Positions 41,701 through 51,483 are shown, numbered from the stretch's first letter. The stretch: DNA of 64,000 bases from Enoplolaimus lenunculus (GCA_030248215.1 JASANG010003930.1:62001-126000), one strand, 5' to 3'. Notes: a model not told the origin generated them from the sequence alone. Translations and numbers: made by a program.

Positions 41701-44700
41701 CCAAGCCGTCTCAAAAATCCAGACTGTCTCAAAAATCCAGACCGTCTCAAAAATCCAGACCGTCTCAAAAATCCAAGCCGTCTCAAAAATACATTGGTTG
41801 CTTAAATTTTTTGTGCCGTAGTATACATCAACGTCCTTATGTGAAAAAAGTTGATAGTTATATTGTGCTTACCTTCATTTTGGCAGTAGGACCCTGAGTA
41901 AAATGTATCACATAGACATCCGGAGCCAGTCCACGTCCCGTGGCCAGAGCATAACGTTTCAGCAACAGGAACTAAAGTAAACGATCGACAAGCATAGCGT
42001 CACGAGTGCATAAATATGTACGCAAAATTTCAATACTTATATTTCGTATACCCAGGCCTGCAGCCAGCACACTTTGCTAGTTGGACTAAACATTTTTCAG
42101 AAGGGGCATTCAATGGGTTTGGATGACGTACAAGCAAGGCTGAAAATTTTTTGGGAAGGTGCGAAATTCTTCCAACAGGGCTGAGCCTCCCTTGGCCCCC
42201 ATATGACTACGTGCATGCATATACCGCACCTATCAGTGATTAGAGATCGTTGGCGAACCCAGGGTTTTGGTTTGGGAAGGGTAATACACAGGGCCGGTGT
42301 TAGGATAGTTGGGTCCCCCTGAAGGGAGGCTTCAATTAAATGTTTCACAACTCTTTCATTTCGTGGCCCACGAAAAGCTTTTAGTTTGCCAAGCTGTACT
42401 TCAGATATTGCCGGGTTCGAGGGGGGCGCTTCTTCCGCCACTGGTAACACCAAGTACTTTAGTGTATATGGTTTGTTTTAAGCCTATAGGTCTCAGCTAG
42501 TATTTTATTTACAAAATACACTAGTCAAATTCATAAGAGGGGTCATTGACTCATTTGTTCCCTCTGACTGCGTACTTGTATGAAACGCTATTTTTCGTCT
42601 AGAATCTTCGAAACATCTAAGCGATGCTTACCTTGAACTATTGACACGTCAGCGCAACTGAGGAAATTATACGTTGGGCCCCATTCAAGACCTTGCCGGG
42701 TCAAACGTATCGCACATTTTGGACACTCAAATCCTTCGGGCAAATTGACTAGGTAATGTGTCAGTCTGAAACAGTATTTTCACCCATTAGATAAAATTTC
42801 ATCATACCAGCCATGTATAGGCAGCGGCAATGATAACAGTTGCAAACAAGCACTCGAGTTGATGCTGGTTTTTTGAGCTCCAAGTTTGGTAAAAGGTAGA
42901 AGTTTACTTTCCCAAACTACTACTGCTTCATCATTCATTTTACTAAACCTATCTATCAGGTTGCAACCGAAGCTGAAAAACTGGAGACGATGCCGCAGGT
43001 AAATAACTTTAGCCGGAGCCGGAATTGGAGTTGGAAATAAAGCAAAAATAGGTTATAAAAATAAGGTTCAATTTACAACTTTTAACAATAATTTGCAAAG
43101 AATGGTCAGAAAACAGTTCATAAGCTTCCTTTTTAAGAACAAAGTTAAAATCAGCTCGATGTGAAAAGCACAACTGGGATAAACAAATGAAAAATTTCAT
43201 TACCGAAGTTACCGGAACTTCTGAAAAAACTCTGCACGAAGCCGGGACCGGAGGTCAATTTTTTGCCGGAGTCGGAGTCATACCTCTGGTTGTACCCTGA
43301 TAGTTGCATGTCACAACAAATAGGGTTTTATAGATGAGTTCCGCATTTGTGAAATTTAGTATGCAGGGCCAAAGTCAAGCCTCGCAATAGTCCTCCTGGT
43401 GACTGTCACCTTTCTGGTTCACCGAGGGACCACGGTGTTGGCTGATGTCCTGGTTATAAATGAAATAATTCGATGCGTAAGTTGAAGGAAAATTTCCTAC
43501 AGCTACGTATACGATGCTTTTAAGAGTATCGGAAAGCATATAAATCACTTTAATTTGAACTAAATTTTACGAGTGAATGAAAACAGCAGTAGAATGAATA
43601 TGAGTATGTGTAAAATCCCTTACGTGGGAGCCTTACAGGAATTAATGAGTGTTACCGTGGGCTTCGTCATATATGTAGTTTTATGAAAGGCTTACGCATA
43701 GAACGCTTAGACTTACGTTGGATGCGTTTTACCCGCATAGTCATCTTCTTCAAGTGTTAGCTCCATAAATGCGTTATCGAATTCGTCAAGTAGTTCTAAT
43801 CGAAAACCACCCTAAATCTTTACTAATACAATGTATAAAAGACATAAATTACTTGGCAAATTTTCGTTATGTTTCGGCTAAAAATTATAAATGCCTTCGC
43901 CAAATTTTCAGTTACTTTGCATATTATTTGCTTTTGAAATTTAAATAAATCACTCCGTAAAGAAGCATATACAGAGTCGAATCTAGAGGGCACCTTGGTG
44001 CAGTAGCTTTCACCAGAAATTGTTTCAGGAAAAATGGTAAGGGCATACTTCACTAAAATTAAATTACTATACTACTCTTCTAACCGCAACAACTGTGATT
44101 AGCTTTGCAACTCACAGAATGACTATTAGATTTTAGCGTAAAAATGCGTTAAATTAATATCAGAGACGCAAAAACGAGTTTTTCTAGGGTTCTCAGACGG
44201 CAGGACACCGGTTAACACAAAAACAAAACGTGCCATCAAATCCTCGATATCCCCCATTTGACGGGCTTCACCTCTAAAGGGGCCCCCGTGTTTAACCGGT
44301 TCAAACAAAAACCGCCGAAGTTTTAAAATACGTAACAGTCAAAGGACGAATTATTTAAGCAGAAATATTTAAACACAACTTTATATATAAGCGATACTAC
44401 AAATATAGAGATTTTATCGGCCACGCCACCACTTTTCGATGGACAAAGTTGTAGACATACCTGATGCGGATATGATAAAGTCCACGATACATTAAATTTT
44501 GAACCAGCTTGGATTGTAGTTCGAACTCCTGAAAAAAGATCGAAATAATCAGTTTAAAAGTTTAAAATACTACGCACGTCAAACATGGATATATACTGCA
44601 ATGGAACCGGACGCGGATATGTAGCCACAGCGACGTGCCTAAATGGAAGAACCTTCAGTGAGATTTATTAGTTAAATCGAGATTAAGAGACAAATTTTAT

Positions 44701-46016
44701 CACATTTTCACAGCAACAACATTTTTATATATTTAAAAGCCAACGTTCTCAAACGCAAGTATATATCATATTTTATATAATATTAAAATACATAGGGTTA
44801 GTTGTTATTCGCCAGAAATCGTCCGCCTCAGAACAAGACCACGAGCAGGAGTCAAAGCCAAGAATTTGCCTTAAGATTTAGCACTAAAATTGCGTTTTAT
44901 TTTTCACCCGAGAATTTTTTCACAATTACATATCGAGTGACCCTTTATCATCACAAAATTTGGCAGTGCGGATAAATCAAAAAGAAATGTCATTTGAAAT
45001 TCAACTAATTTAAACTTTAACTCACGAAGGTCAAGGTTGTGAATAATTTCCAATCATTCTGTATGTCAAACTCAAAATAATAAAATTGTCCATTAATTTT
45101 TTTCGTAATAAAAGAATTTGTTTTGAATCCATGTTCAAAAGTCAAAAATTTAATTTGTTTCGTTTGTCCAAAAACATTTTGACATGTGGGTTGAAGTGTG
45201 GTCGAATAAAATGATTTAAGTGTTGTTAAATTACACCGACCTTTAAAACGATTAATGTTACCGAAATCGTTAAAAACGAAACAATATTCGAGGCAAAGGT
45301 TTTTTAAAATGATTATATCTGTCGCCTAGCGCCACTGGGCTGGCTCGTAAACAGCTCATGTTGCTAGGGGGCGGAAAATTTTTCAGAAAAAACATACATG
45401 GGTTTTCGATGACTTACAAACAAGGTTGAAAATTTTCTAGAAGGAGGGCAGACAAAATTCTTTCTGGAGGAGGACTGAGCCTCACGGCCCCCACTGGCTA
45501 CGGGCCCGTTGATGAGTTAAAATATGTTTTTGTTTCCCTTATGCAAAGAACCTATAGTGGTCTGGTAGCCCTTGGTAGATCAAATATTTTTCGGTGGAAT
45601 GCGGTTGAATATTTTATGTATATTAACGGGATGCCGAAAGTTTCGCTGGGACCCTCCAAGGGGGTTTCGGTTAAATTCCTAGAAGGTATGGTGGATGGTA
45701 GTCGCAACATTGTGCTTGATGACATTATTTATTCCTCCATTCTCATGTTGTATATGTCGTTGATCCAGTGCCATGTATGCCAGCATGAAAACATACCTTC
45801 ACCATCGCGAGGAGCTGGTACGCCGCACGCGCCCGAATATCGATGATTATCCAAAAAATCCAAATCAGGATATCGCGCTTGTGGGAATGTAAGACGAACG
45901 TGCCCAACACAACGCCCGGGTACATTTAAAATTGCATAGATTACAAATATTATTCGCAGTTGGTGCAAAGTTGAACACTTCCACCGGAAGCGCTCGTTGT
46001 AACTTTGAGGTATCAT
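14446..46016 (-). CDS. 35-exon gene for a ~1847-aa type I membrane protein: signal peptide, His-brace LPMO-like domain, 2x EGF, 4x DOMON (two nested), SEA, TM, Tyr-rich tail
   Basis: Manual splice model with all introns GT-AG, matching phases at every junction and no in-frame stop. Exons: 46016-45797, 44528-44461, 43811-43717, 42765-42632, 41971-41873, 40809-40687, 40084-39987, 39445-39373, 38884-38648, 37628-37363, 36906-36760, 36429-35848, 34876-34815, 33743-33608, 32899-32752, 32057-31867, 31581-31523, 31035-30934, 30462-30275, 29127-29029, 28494-28415, 27637-27520, 27370-27269, 26733-26629, 25612-25437, 24787-24726, 24177-24037, 22221-21641, 20867-20740, 19823-19762, 18950-18796, 18000-17867, 17226-17167, 16369-16189, 14777-14446. 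From memory it resembles the Drosophila nahoda-type EGF/DOMON proteins; this was not verified by a search. Confidence 0.88.
15131..15746. repeat. 21-bp minisatellite, about 29 copies, in the last intron
   Basis: Unit TTTTTACTTTAATGTTACAAC, near-identical copies. Confidence 0.95.
16189..16369 (-). CDS. Exon 34 (cytoplasmic, Tyr-rich)
   Basis: DGYSMYHTGSYKHVPAG...YQPYSNSFA; both splice sites are weaker than elsewhere. Confidence 0.7.
17167..17226 (-). CDS. Exon 33 (cytoplasmic)
   Basis: TTTCAG acceptor; YDPSKSASSVPFSPYSYLLQ; phase 0-0. Confidence 0.75.
17867..18000 (-). CDS. Exon 32 (transmembrane helix)
   Basis: VREDTATELRNYIIIGVACFLILLAVIFAVCLITRTRRAKSKEYF: hydrophobic helix followed by basic stop-transfer residues. 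Confidence 0.88.
18796..18950 (-). CDS. Exon 31 (SEA, GSV motif)
   Basis: QGSVISIIEMIVRGEPVRPLALEQSVLEYLASSGNRIGAMTVDPQSIFVQE. Confidence 0.88.
19762..19823 (-). CDS. Exon 30 (SEA)
   Basis: VTEVFDQRFQRLEKIQVINFR. Confidence 0.85.
20740..20867 (-). CDS. Exon 29 (start of SEA domain)
   Basis: APQIATQRFRMRIRLPDEQWNEDYRDRKTQAFQVMAQRVGLA. Confidence 0.88.
21641..22221 (-). CDS. Exon 28 (end of DOMON-4 plus P/E/S/T-rich stalk)
   Basis: LNKCVYMVYPVLGG...IQRHDSTKPLVISEAKVCLLQC followed by EPE/ST-rich sequence. Confidence 0.9.
22421..23490 (+). mobile_element. Non-autonomous DINE/Helentron-like element with internal tandem repeats
   Basis: Imperfect inverted ends TTGAGCGAAGC...GCTTCGCGCGCTCAA; AAAATCGGTTCAGCCGTTCCTGAGA followed by GGACGGACGGACA; 155/175-bp internal repeats. 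Confidence 0.65.
24037..24177 (-). CDS. Exon 27 (DOMON-4)
   Basis: HSIGEDAPAVDYQQNIYGITGHYSDDGVLHFVFTRPLQTNDDSEDI. Confidence 0.9.
24726..24787 (-). CDS. Exon 26 (DOMON-4)
   Basis: SQIDWVIARMSETGEIEAFDR. Confidence 0.9.
25437..25612 (-). CDS. Exon 25 (DOMON-4 N-half)
   Basis: DPPTRDLPTECTGVYEFGEDQQYRVSWFRRDSDVTFTVDARVPADSWTGVGFVNEQIPT. Confidence 0.9.
26480..26557. repeat. Perfect 29-bp inverted repeat with a 20-nt loop
   Basis: GTAGTCATTTTTGAGGGGTGCTCCATGTC and its exact reverse complement. Confidence 0.95.
26629..26733 (-). CDS. Exon 24 (end of DOMON-1)
   Basis: GLEQTNTQYNSDFYELDVLKYHGKLNRGMFNVNFY, YHG-x-x-x-RG motif. Confidence 0.9.
26851..27077. mobile_element. GC-rich MITE (PIF/Harbinger-like ends)
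   Basis: TIRs AGGGTAGCGCTATACTT / AAGTATAGCGCAACCCT with TA/TWA flanks; internal CCGTCAC/GGCGCCGT repeats; a related degenerate copy lies near 24390-24560. Confidence 0.75.
27269..27370 (-). CDS. Exon 23 (DOMON-1 C-half)
   Basis: TNDSKADHVIVDKNMDVIWAKGQQPGLYYHDPPS. Confidence 0.9.
27520..27637 (-). CDS. Exon 22 (DOMON-1 C-half)
   Basis: ISRATPREDSFYGGSDSITTALGYEQDGITTILFRRPLR. Confidence 0.9.
28415..28494 (-). CDS. Exon 21 (DOMON-1 resumes)
   Basis: HLHPMDCMDIVVGSAVGYVSRVADYYT. Confidence 0.9.
29029..29127 (-). CDS. Exon 20 (EPE-rich linker)
   Basis: DATYAEPEPGFKQVQYSEPEAEPKTSSIRRTQP. Confidence 0.85.
30275..30462 (-). CDS. Exon 19 (end of DOMON-3)
   Basis: RLITPDRREDLAMIECVYFLYPIGGG...AIGYHDYYIPIASEEKICICT. 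Confidence 0.9.
30934..31035 (-). CDS. Exon 18 (DOMON-3)
   Basis: YTYGKHQPAVDKTQDIKVVSGSVEGNHQTISFKR. Confidence 0.9.
31523..31581 (-). CDS. Exon 17 (DOMON-3)
   Basis: TNSDVIVGWVYDDRPYITDR. Confidence 0.9.
31867..32057 (-). CDS. Exon 16 (DOMON-3 N-half)
   Basis: CTTEFKHPPGCSVEANDCDYHASWQLLPESEEVLFTISASGLGRWTGIALSEDKNM. Confidence 0.9.
32752..32899 (-). CDS. Exon 15 (end of DOMON-2)
   Basis: FDNACTHFLFPVTGGRFTNGRIQKHLDAPMVSSERVCIRSCGQKTPTEL. Confidence 0.9.
32922..33047. repeat. Palindromic mini-element
   Basis: GTATATGTC..GTAATTCAGCCCAATTCCGAATTGG / CCAATTCGGAATTGGGCTGAATTAC..GACATATAC. Confidence 0.85.
33608..33743 (-). CDS. Exon 14 (DOMON-2)
   Basis: YSTGYYKPFKDPRQNVTLLDSSHTKGVIRARFRRSRDTGDRRDTQ. 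Confidence 0.9.
34708..34780 (-). pseudogene. Degenerate tRNA-like or SINE remnant
   Basis: Minus strand TATCTCAGCGGTTA (A-box-like) and GGGCTCGAACCC (B-box-like), with no intact cloverleaf. Confidence 0.35.
34815..34876 (-). CDS. Exon 13 (DOMON-2)
   Basis: HDADIIMITSDKDDGLKLNDM. Confidence 0.85.
35848..36429 (-). CDS. Exon 12 (S/T-rich mucin-like stretch plus DOMON-2 N-half)
   Basis: Ends CFGEWRYPPDC...CEYRLSW...EIEFTLEARSPSGWWTGVGFSDSGTM. Confidence 0.9.
36760..36906 (-). CDS. Exon 11 (linker)
   Basis: LSTTVDLISGEISEQFTPTNVQVATTTHEIDAQEAAVLSKFETAKIYNS; phase 0-0. Confidence 0.8.
37363..37628 (-). CDS. Exon 10 (linker)
   Basis: Open frame GDLALPEPISNEPGTP...ELQQEG between a TTCAG acceptor and a GTAAGT donor. 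Confidence 0.8.
38648..38884 (-). CDS. Exon 9 (PEPE-rich linker)
   Basis: DVSTTCAALPRLSSPSYPIAEGEPKPEPERRSEPE...KRTELE; phase 1-1. Confidence 0.8.
39373..39445 (-). CDS. Exon 8 (DOMON-1 N-half)
   Basis: QENEIEFVLQFPSTSWIAVGWRPS, DOMON W-x-A-x-G-W strand. Confidence 0.9.
39987..40084 (-). CDS. Exon 7 (start of DOMON-1)
   Basis: RSKVSHKDDIDESLYTKRIVGPEQNKIMWRILP. Confidence 0.85.
40243..40380. mobile_element. Short GC-ended MITE family (CAGGGCCGTAGCCAG-type termini)
   Basis: GCCCGTAGCCAG...CTGGCTACGGCCCTG; related copies near 20230, 31172-31330, 42053-42215, 45330-45508 and 54550-54700. Confidence 0.6.
40687..40809 (-). CDS. Exon 6 (EGF-like 2)
   Basis: DECWQDSDCGQYGLCQIRYSEVYPRRVCYCKMGYFGKLCDK, six Cys in EGF spacing. 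Confidence 0.9.
41220..41789. repeat. 18-bp minisatellite, about 31 copies, in intron 5
   Basis: Unit CCGTCTCAAAAATCCAGA with AG/GA variants. Confidence 0.95.
41873..41971 (-). CDS. Exon 5 (EGF-like 1)
   Basis: VPVAETLCSGHGTWTGSGCLCDTFYSGSYCQNE. Confidence 0.9.
42632..42765 (-). CDS. Exon 4 (C-terminal strands of LPMO-like domain)
   Basis: LTHYLVNLPEGFECPKCAIRLTRQGLEWGPTYNFLSCADVSIVQ. Confidence 0.9.
42957..43299. mobile_element. MITE with CAGG(G)TGCAACC termini and CCGGAG repeats
   Basis: CAGGTTGCAACCG...CTGGTTGTACCCTG; related right ends near 7570-7645 and 52430-52524. Confidence 0.6.
43717..43811 (-). CDS. Exon 3 (LPMO-like domain)
   Basis: GGFRLELLDEFDNAFMELTLEEDDYAGKTHPT; GTAAGT donor. 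Confidence 0.9.
44461..44528 (-). CDS. Exon 2 (LPMO-like domain, second His)
   Basis: TTTCAG acceptor; GVRTTIQAGSKFNVSWTLSYPHQ; GTATGT donor. Confidence 0.9.
45797..46016 (-). CDS. Exon 1: start codon, signal peptide and N-terminal His
   Basis: MIPQ...RIIFVIYAILNVPGRCVG|HVRLTFPQARYPDLDFLDNHRYSGACGVPAPRDGE; donor G|GTATGT. Confidence 0.85.
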
Positions 46017-46203
46017 ATCTACTGGGCTAGCGCTGGTTTGGGCAGTGAATGGAACAAACTAAATTCGAAATTATAAGTTTTTCTTGGTAGTAAGTAAAGT
46101 GAGACGGTGGGAGATTAGGTATAAAGCTTCACTTGGGTTACAGCTACTGTTTGCAGTAACAACGTTACATGGCGTGGATGACTACATTAATTGTGTTAAT
46201 AGC

Positions 46204-46209
46204 CTGAAA
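46204..46209 (-). promoter_or_regulatory. TTTCAG acceptor about 190 nt upstream of the ATG; possible SL trans-splice site or 5' UTR intron acceptor
   Basis: ctgaaa on the + strand with an AT-rich upstream tract; its role is inferred. Confidence 0.45.
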
Positions 46210-48109
46210 TTAAAGATAACTGTAAACAGCAACCAACACGGATTATGACGTAAATTTTGCTATTTCAGTCTGAAAAAATTAAAGTTTTCGCGTTATATTC
46301 TAATTTATACATATGAAATTTATCATTTGATGCGTCAAACTTGAATTTTTTGGATCAAAGTTCGCTAATATTTGCGATAGAATAAGGATTCAGAGATGCA
46401 AACGAGTGCCGACGCCATGTTACTGCTAACATTAACACAAAACTTTGGTTTTGACCCCTGTTGGGGGGACCTGTCGCCTCTGCGGGTCTTTTACGTTATC
46501 CCCCAGCCCGCGTTTACTCAAAAATGGTTGGATTTTAAAAATTTTTGCATCTTTCAGCTTTTTATGACTTCACATGATCATTCCACGCCTATATTTGAAT
46601 TTTTGAAAAATTGGATTTTTACGATCCCAAGGTCTCCCTTGAGACCCCAAATTTTTTTGTCAAAAAGTTTAACTAATTATATTCCATTCAATGCAACTTG
46701 CGCAGCTGATTCCAAATTTGCGTCTTTCGCAATCAAACGATTGCTTAACGAATTATGGTCAAATAACTGTGTTGTCCGTAGGTTATCCTTGTTAAAAACA
46801 AAATATACGGTATGCATCTGTAATCCGTGGTTAACTTCCAGTTAATTCTCATTGAACCGCAAAACTTGTTGCCTAAACTGTAAGTCGTCCACTGCATTAA
46901 AATGTAAAAAAACAGTAAATACTGCTGTTCAATGATATCTTGCAAAAAATACAAAATTGAAAGAATTTATCAGAAAAAAAACTTGTGCACCTGAGATTGA
47001 CTTCGCAAACAAATATAATGAACTTAATATAATGAACATCGAAAAATCATGAAAAAATATGTTTTTTGCAGTTGTTTTCATGTACCCTGAGGTTGAAATT
47101 TTGTTGAATTTTTATTGCGAACTGGTAGAGATACAAATTTTTTTTAGCCGACACACAATACGGAGCAATTTTGAGACGACCTCACCTGGGTGTGTATATT
47201 TGAAACAAATATTTGATTGAAATTGACAATAAATAAAAAACACTTGTTCTTCGGAAAAAACATAACAATAAAATAACCGATCATTTACAGGCTTGCTTTG
47301 CAGACAGACAAGGGTGTAGACAACTGTGGTGGATCCAGAAATTTCCGATAGAAGGTACGCGTAATATAACTGTGGGAAAGTTTCGCACGGGAAGCGAACG
47401 AACAGGCATAGCTTTTGTGGCACAAAAGTTATAATGTATAATGTACGTCTCTTGCACTTTTTTTGTTGAAATATTCATGACAGGCGTGCATGCGTAAATT
47501 TATAAGCAAAGCAAAAGTAAAAATTTATAATTTATGGACTTTACATATTTTAACTCGGAGCTCGCAAAGTGGTTCAGTGGGACTCAAAATGATTGTTTAT
47601 GAGCGTAAAATAGTATTAAGACGGTTGTTTTCATACATTCTACTTCTTAGTGCTCGATTCAAAACAATGACATTAGCTGAATTCATTATATAAGAAGCTA
47701 ATTGATTCTTAAATAATAAATATTTGCGTTATCTTTATGAATGTGCGCTAGTCTGGTTCGTCTGCTTTGAGCTATTGCAACATAGAGACAGCTCAAGACA
47801 ACCCTGCCCCTGAACTTGTGAAAAAATACAGTTTTCCTAGTTTTAAAAGTTTAAAAATGTGACAAGGGGAAAATATTGCAAGCAGAAAAATATCTGGCGG
47901 ACGGAAGAATATGGCCGGGTGAAAAGTTGGCCGGGAAAAATATGTCAGAGGAAAATATGGCACGAAAAACACCGTCAAGTGTGTGCACAGAGCTGCAGCT
48001 ATGCACACTTCTAGATTCCTTAAAAGTTTTGGAACATCTAAAGATCAGGGGCGGAATGTTTTTATGTGGGACTAGAAAAGAGGAAACTTAAGCCTTAGAC
48101 TAATTTTTT

Positions 48110-48195
48110 GCTTGGCTTAGGCTTAGGTTTAAGCTTAGACTTACGAATATGCTCATTCTTACGCGTAGGCGTAGGCTTAGGCTTAGGCTTAGGAA
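48110..48195 (+). repeat. Interstitial telomere-like (TTAGGC)n tract
   Basis: GGCTTAGGCTTAGG...GGCGTAGGCTTAGGCTTAGGCTTAGG; many degenerate tracts occur elsewhere in the window. Confidence 0.75.
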
Positions 48196-51100
48196 TATGC
48201 TTATATATAATACTGTTCCGCTCCTGTTCTTTACAATGGCCAAAGTTTTTAACTAAGTTGGTCTGTATATAGAGGACGAACATTGAAATATGCATCTACA
48301 TCAGCTTGTGTATCAAATTTTTTCCACTTCAGTCCATTTGCACACCGTGAAACAAAAATCTAGCGAAACCAGAACTTCGATCGGGCAGGGCATATTTTCA
48401 TAAACAAAAATTTCTCGATTTCTGGATTCAGAAAATTATCAAAAATAGTGTGAAAGTGCATTTTCTTGTCTTTTTAGACATTCGGAGGAAGGAGATATAC
48501 CGTGCTATTTTTACTCGTGTATAGGAATCTGGCTTCCATATACATTTCATCGAGCGCGTAACCAATGAGGGGCGAGGGAAGCTCAGCTCCACCAGAAAGA
48601 ATTTTGGCTTCACTCTGGAAAATTGTCAACCTTGCTTGTAAGTCATCAGAAACCCTTGTATGCCATTCCCGAAAAATGTTTAACCTCCAAGCAAGGTGAG
48701 TTGGCCGCGGGTCTGCATTTGTTGGATGGAGTTAAAACAATTTCAACTTTACTTATGAGTGTATTTCGCAATTGTATAGCACTGATTGTTGCTAAAAACG
48801 CGTATACTCTTCAGTTTCGTACCAGTATCAGTACCACGCAACGAACTCAGTTGGTGGCCAAATTAACTTCTCAGTTTGCCTGTGAGCGTTTGTAATAGGC
48901 GAAAAAACGCAAATCTGTGCAGCAAATTGCACTTATGCAAATATTGCAGAAAAAACGTTAACATCAGAATACACATTAATTTTTTGATTTCGTTTTGTCA
49001 GCAGCAGAGGTTGCATCTTGAAATGCAACAGCAGAGAACGTAACAAATTACTGTGACTTAAACAGAATACTTGTGATTTCATTGACTCAAAAAAAAGTTA
49101 GTTATTATCACGAGTGATAATAAATGACCTCATTGCGTTTCTGCTTCCACACTTTGTCGGGGTCACACCTGCGGGTAAAATGACGGGTCGCTCGTTGCAT
49201 TCTCTGACATTAAATTCTTGTCGATAAGCTGGCGCAAGTCTTGAGTTTGTTCGTATAAATGTAAATAGTAACTTGAGAGACCACATGAAACAGAATTTGC
49301 ACTGAACTCGAATGAAACAGCAAGGCATCACTGTGGTTGAGGGCCATGTGGCTCTTAGAGGCGTTCCTATTTGCTTACGCTATAGGTATAGCCAGGATCT
49401 GCACAGGCGAGTCAAGTTATGTATAAATTTCGGTGCAGTTTCTTGTGAACGCAACAGAACAAGTTCCGGTCAATGTATAGATTAGCCCCGCAACAGTGTA
49501 TAAGCATGCTATTAAGCCCAGCATCAACGCCAAAGCCTCCACGCCAAAATAAACGTATTTCTTTAGCCTAAGTCTATGCCTAATCCCAAGCCTAAGCAAA
49601 AAATGTGCTATATGAGGATGACCCATAAACACTTTTGACTGCTGTCATGGTTTAGGGTTTGACTAGGCTCAGGCCTCGAAATATATGCAGGCCATTATTG
49701 CACCTTTAAAAATAACTATAGTCGCGGCTTGATTGTGCTGAAAACATTTAAAGATACTAACTGAGATTTTTTTAAATAAGCTATTTTTATATAGTAACGC
49801 AATATATAATGAAATTATGGCTTACATTTGCCACCACACTGTCACCTATTTACGTTTTGATCAAAAGCCGCATTTGCACGCTTCAATTAAGTATTCTGGT
49901 GGCGCCTATGCATGATTGAAGCCATTGCGTAATAGAAAACGTAAAAAAAGAAACACAACTTCTTCACAAATCATAACAGTTCAAAAAAATGAAAATAATG
50001 TATTCACCACAGGCACCAAAAAACTGTCCCATCTAACGATTTTCAGTAAAAGTTGAACACATAATTTCAGAGTATAATAGAAAGTTTTTTCTTTCGTACA
50101 CAAATCATCAAACGAAGACGTTATTACTGAGAAATATTGTATTAAACTGAAAAAAAGTATAATAACTATTATAAAATTTGCCAGTTAACAATCAACAGTA
50201 AGTATATGCGCAACAAATCATACTACGTGTCTCGCTCAGGTCAACAAATTGTGTAACAGTGAAAAAAACTCAATTTTTCAAATCAACGCAAAGCAGATCA
50301 AACCAGAATTGCATTATTGAACACAAAAACAATCAATTAAATGTTCATGCTGACGCCAGAAAAGTCATATATTTAGAAAATAGACAAATAATTACACTAC
50401 ATGGAGGATAATGAAAAAAGGTGAAGGTGAACTAAACTGTACTTAGACTATTTTTGGAAAATCGTAACACAAGACAGCTCTGCAAGATGATGGCATTCAA
50501 GTATTACGTTGATTAGTCTGAACTGAAAAAATTATCTGAGCTATAACTTAACATAGTTAATAAAAAAATTTAGATTTAAGATGAAATTCAAGTTCGTTTT
50601 CTTATATATACATAGCAAAGCGCACAAAAACTAGGCTCGTATCTAAAATATTTAATTGAATAGAGCATTTTTAAAAGTTTGCGGCCGAAGTGAGAGATAG
50701 TCTGTCTGAAAATATTGCCACTTTCCGTCATATATTATATAAATAGCAGGGTTCGACTGGAATTCCTGGTCCGGGAGGATATTCCTGCAAAAATTAAACT
50801 CCTGTTTCTGTTCCTGCATTCAAATATGGGATATTCCTGCAAAAATTAAACTCCTGTTTCTGTTCCTGCATTCAAATATGCAGAAACCGAAATTTTTACG
50901 GTTTTGCGGCAAATTATTCCTAATCATTGAAATACTGGAAACTTTGTCTTTGAAAAATTGCTATTTCGACATGAGTGTTTTTGCAATTACCCCAATTTTG
51001 TTAATATTCTGCTTCTGTTGAGTTTTCGCAAAACTTTATGATGAATTAGTTGAAACTTCGCTTAAGCCATTTTTTGGCAACTTTTCTAAACAGTCCAACA

Positions 51101-51483
51101 CCAATTCGGCGTTGAAATTTTTTAAATTCCGGTTCCTGTTCCTATTCCGATTCCTGCAAAGAAATTCAATTTCAATTCCTGTTCCTGTTATAAAGATCCT
51201 AAAATCAAAACGTTTGTGTACTGAACGATTATTTCAAAGAACCCGCAGTTATTGACAACTACGAAACATTTTATCTCCGGGTGATATAAACTTGAGTTTC
51301 AAATTAAGCGTAACAATCGTATTAAAAACCAAAAAGCGACGGACCAGCATGAAGGCTAAAAACTGCTACACCCAGTGCATTGGAAATAACAATTATTTGT
51401 GTACAGAAATAATTGCCGATTTCAGAATAGAGTTACACTATCAGTTTATAATCACGTAAAGTTAAATTGAAAATTTAAATGCT

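Noticed and set aside
41109..41786. 225-aa LRRSGF-repeat ORF and its antisense ORF
   Set aside because: Product of the 18-bp tandem repeat, with no true ATG or splice support. Exons 5 and 6 join in phase without it.
15131..41789. Tandem arrays as possible CRISPR arrays
   Set aside because: The units are head-to-tail with no unique spacers, there are no cas genes, and the context is eukaryotic.
46396..46845. 149-aa plus-strand ORF divergent from the main gene
   Set aside because: No recognisable domain, and the sequence looks like a non-autonomous repeat element.
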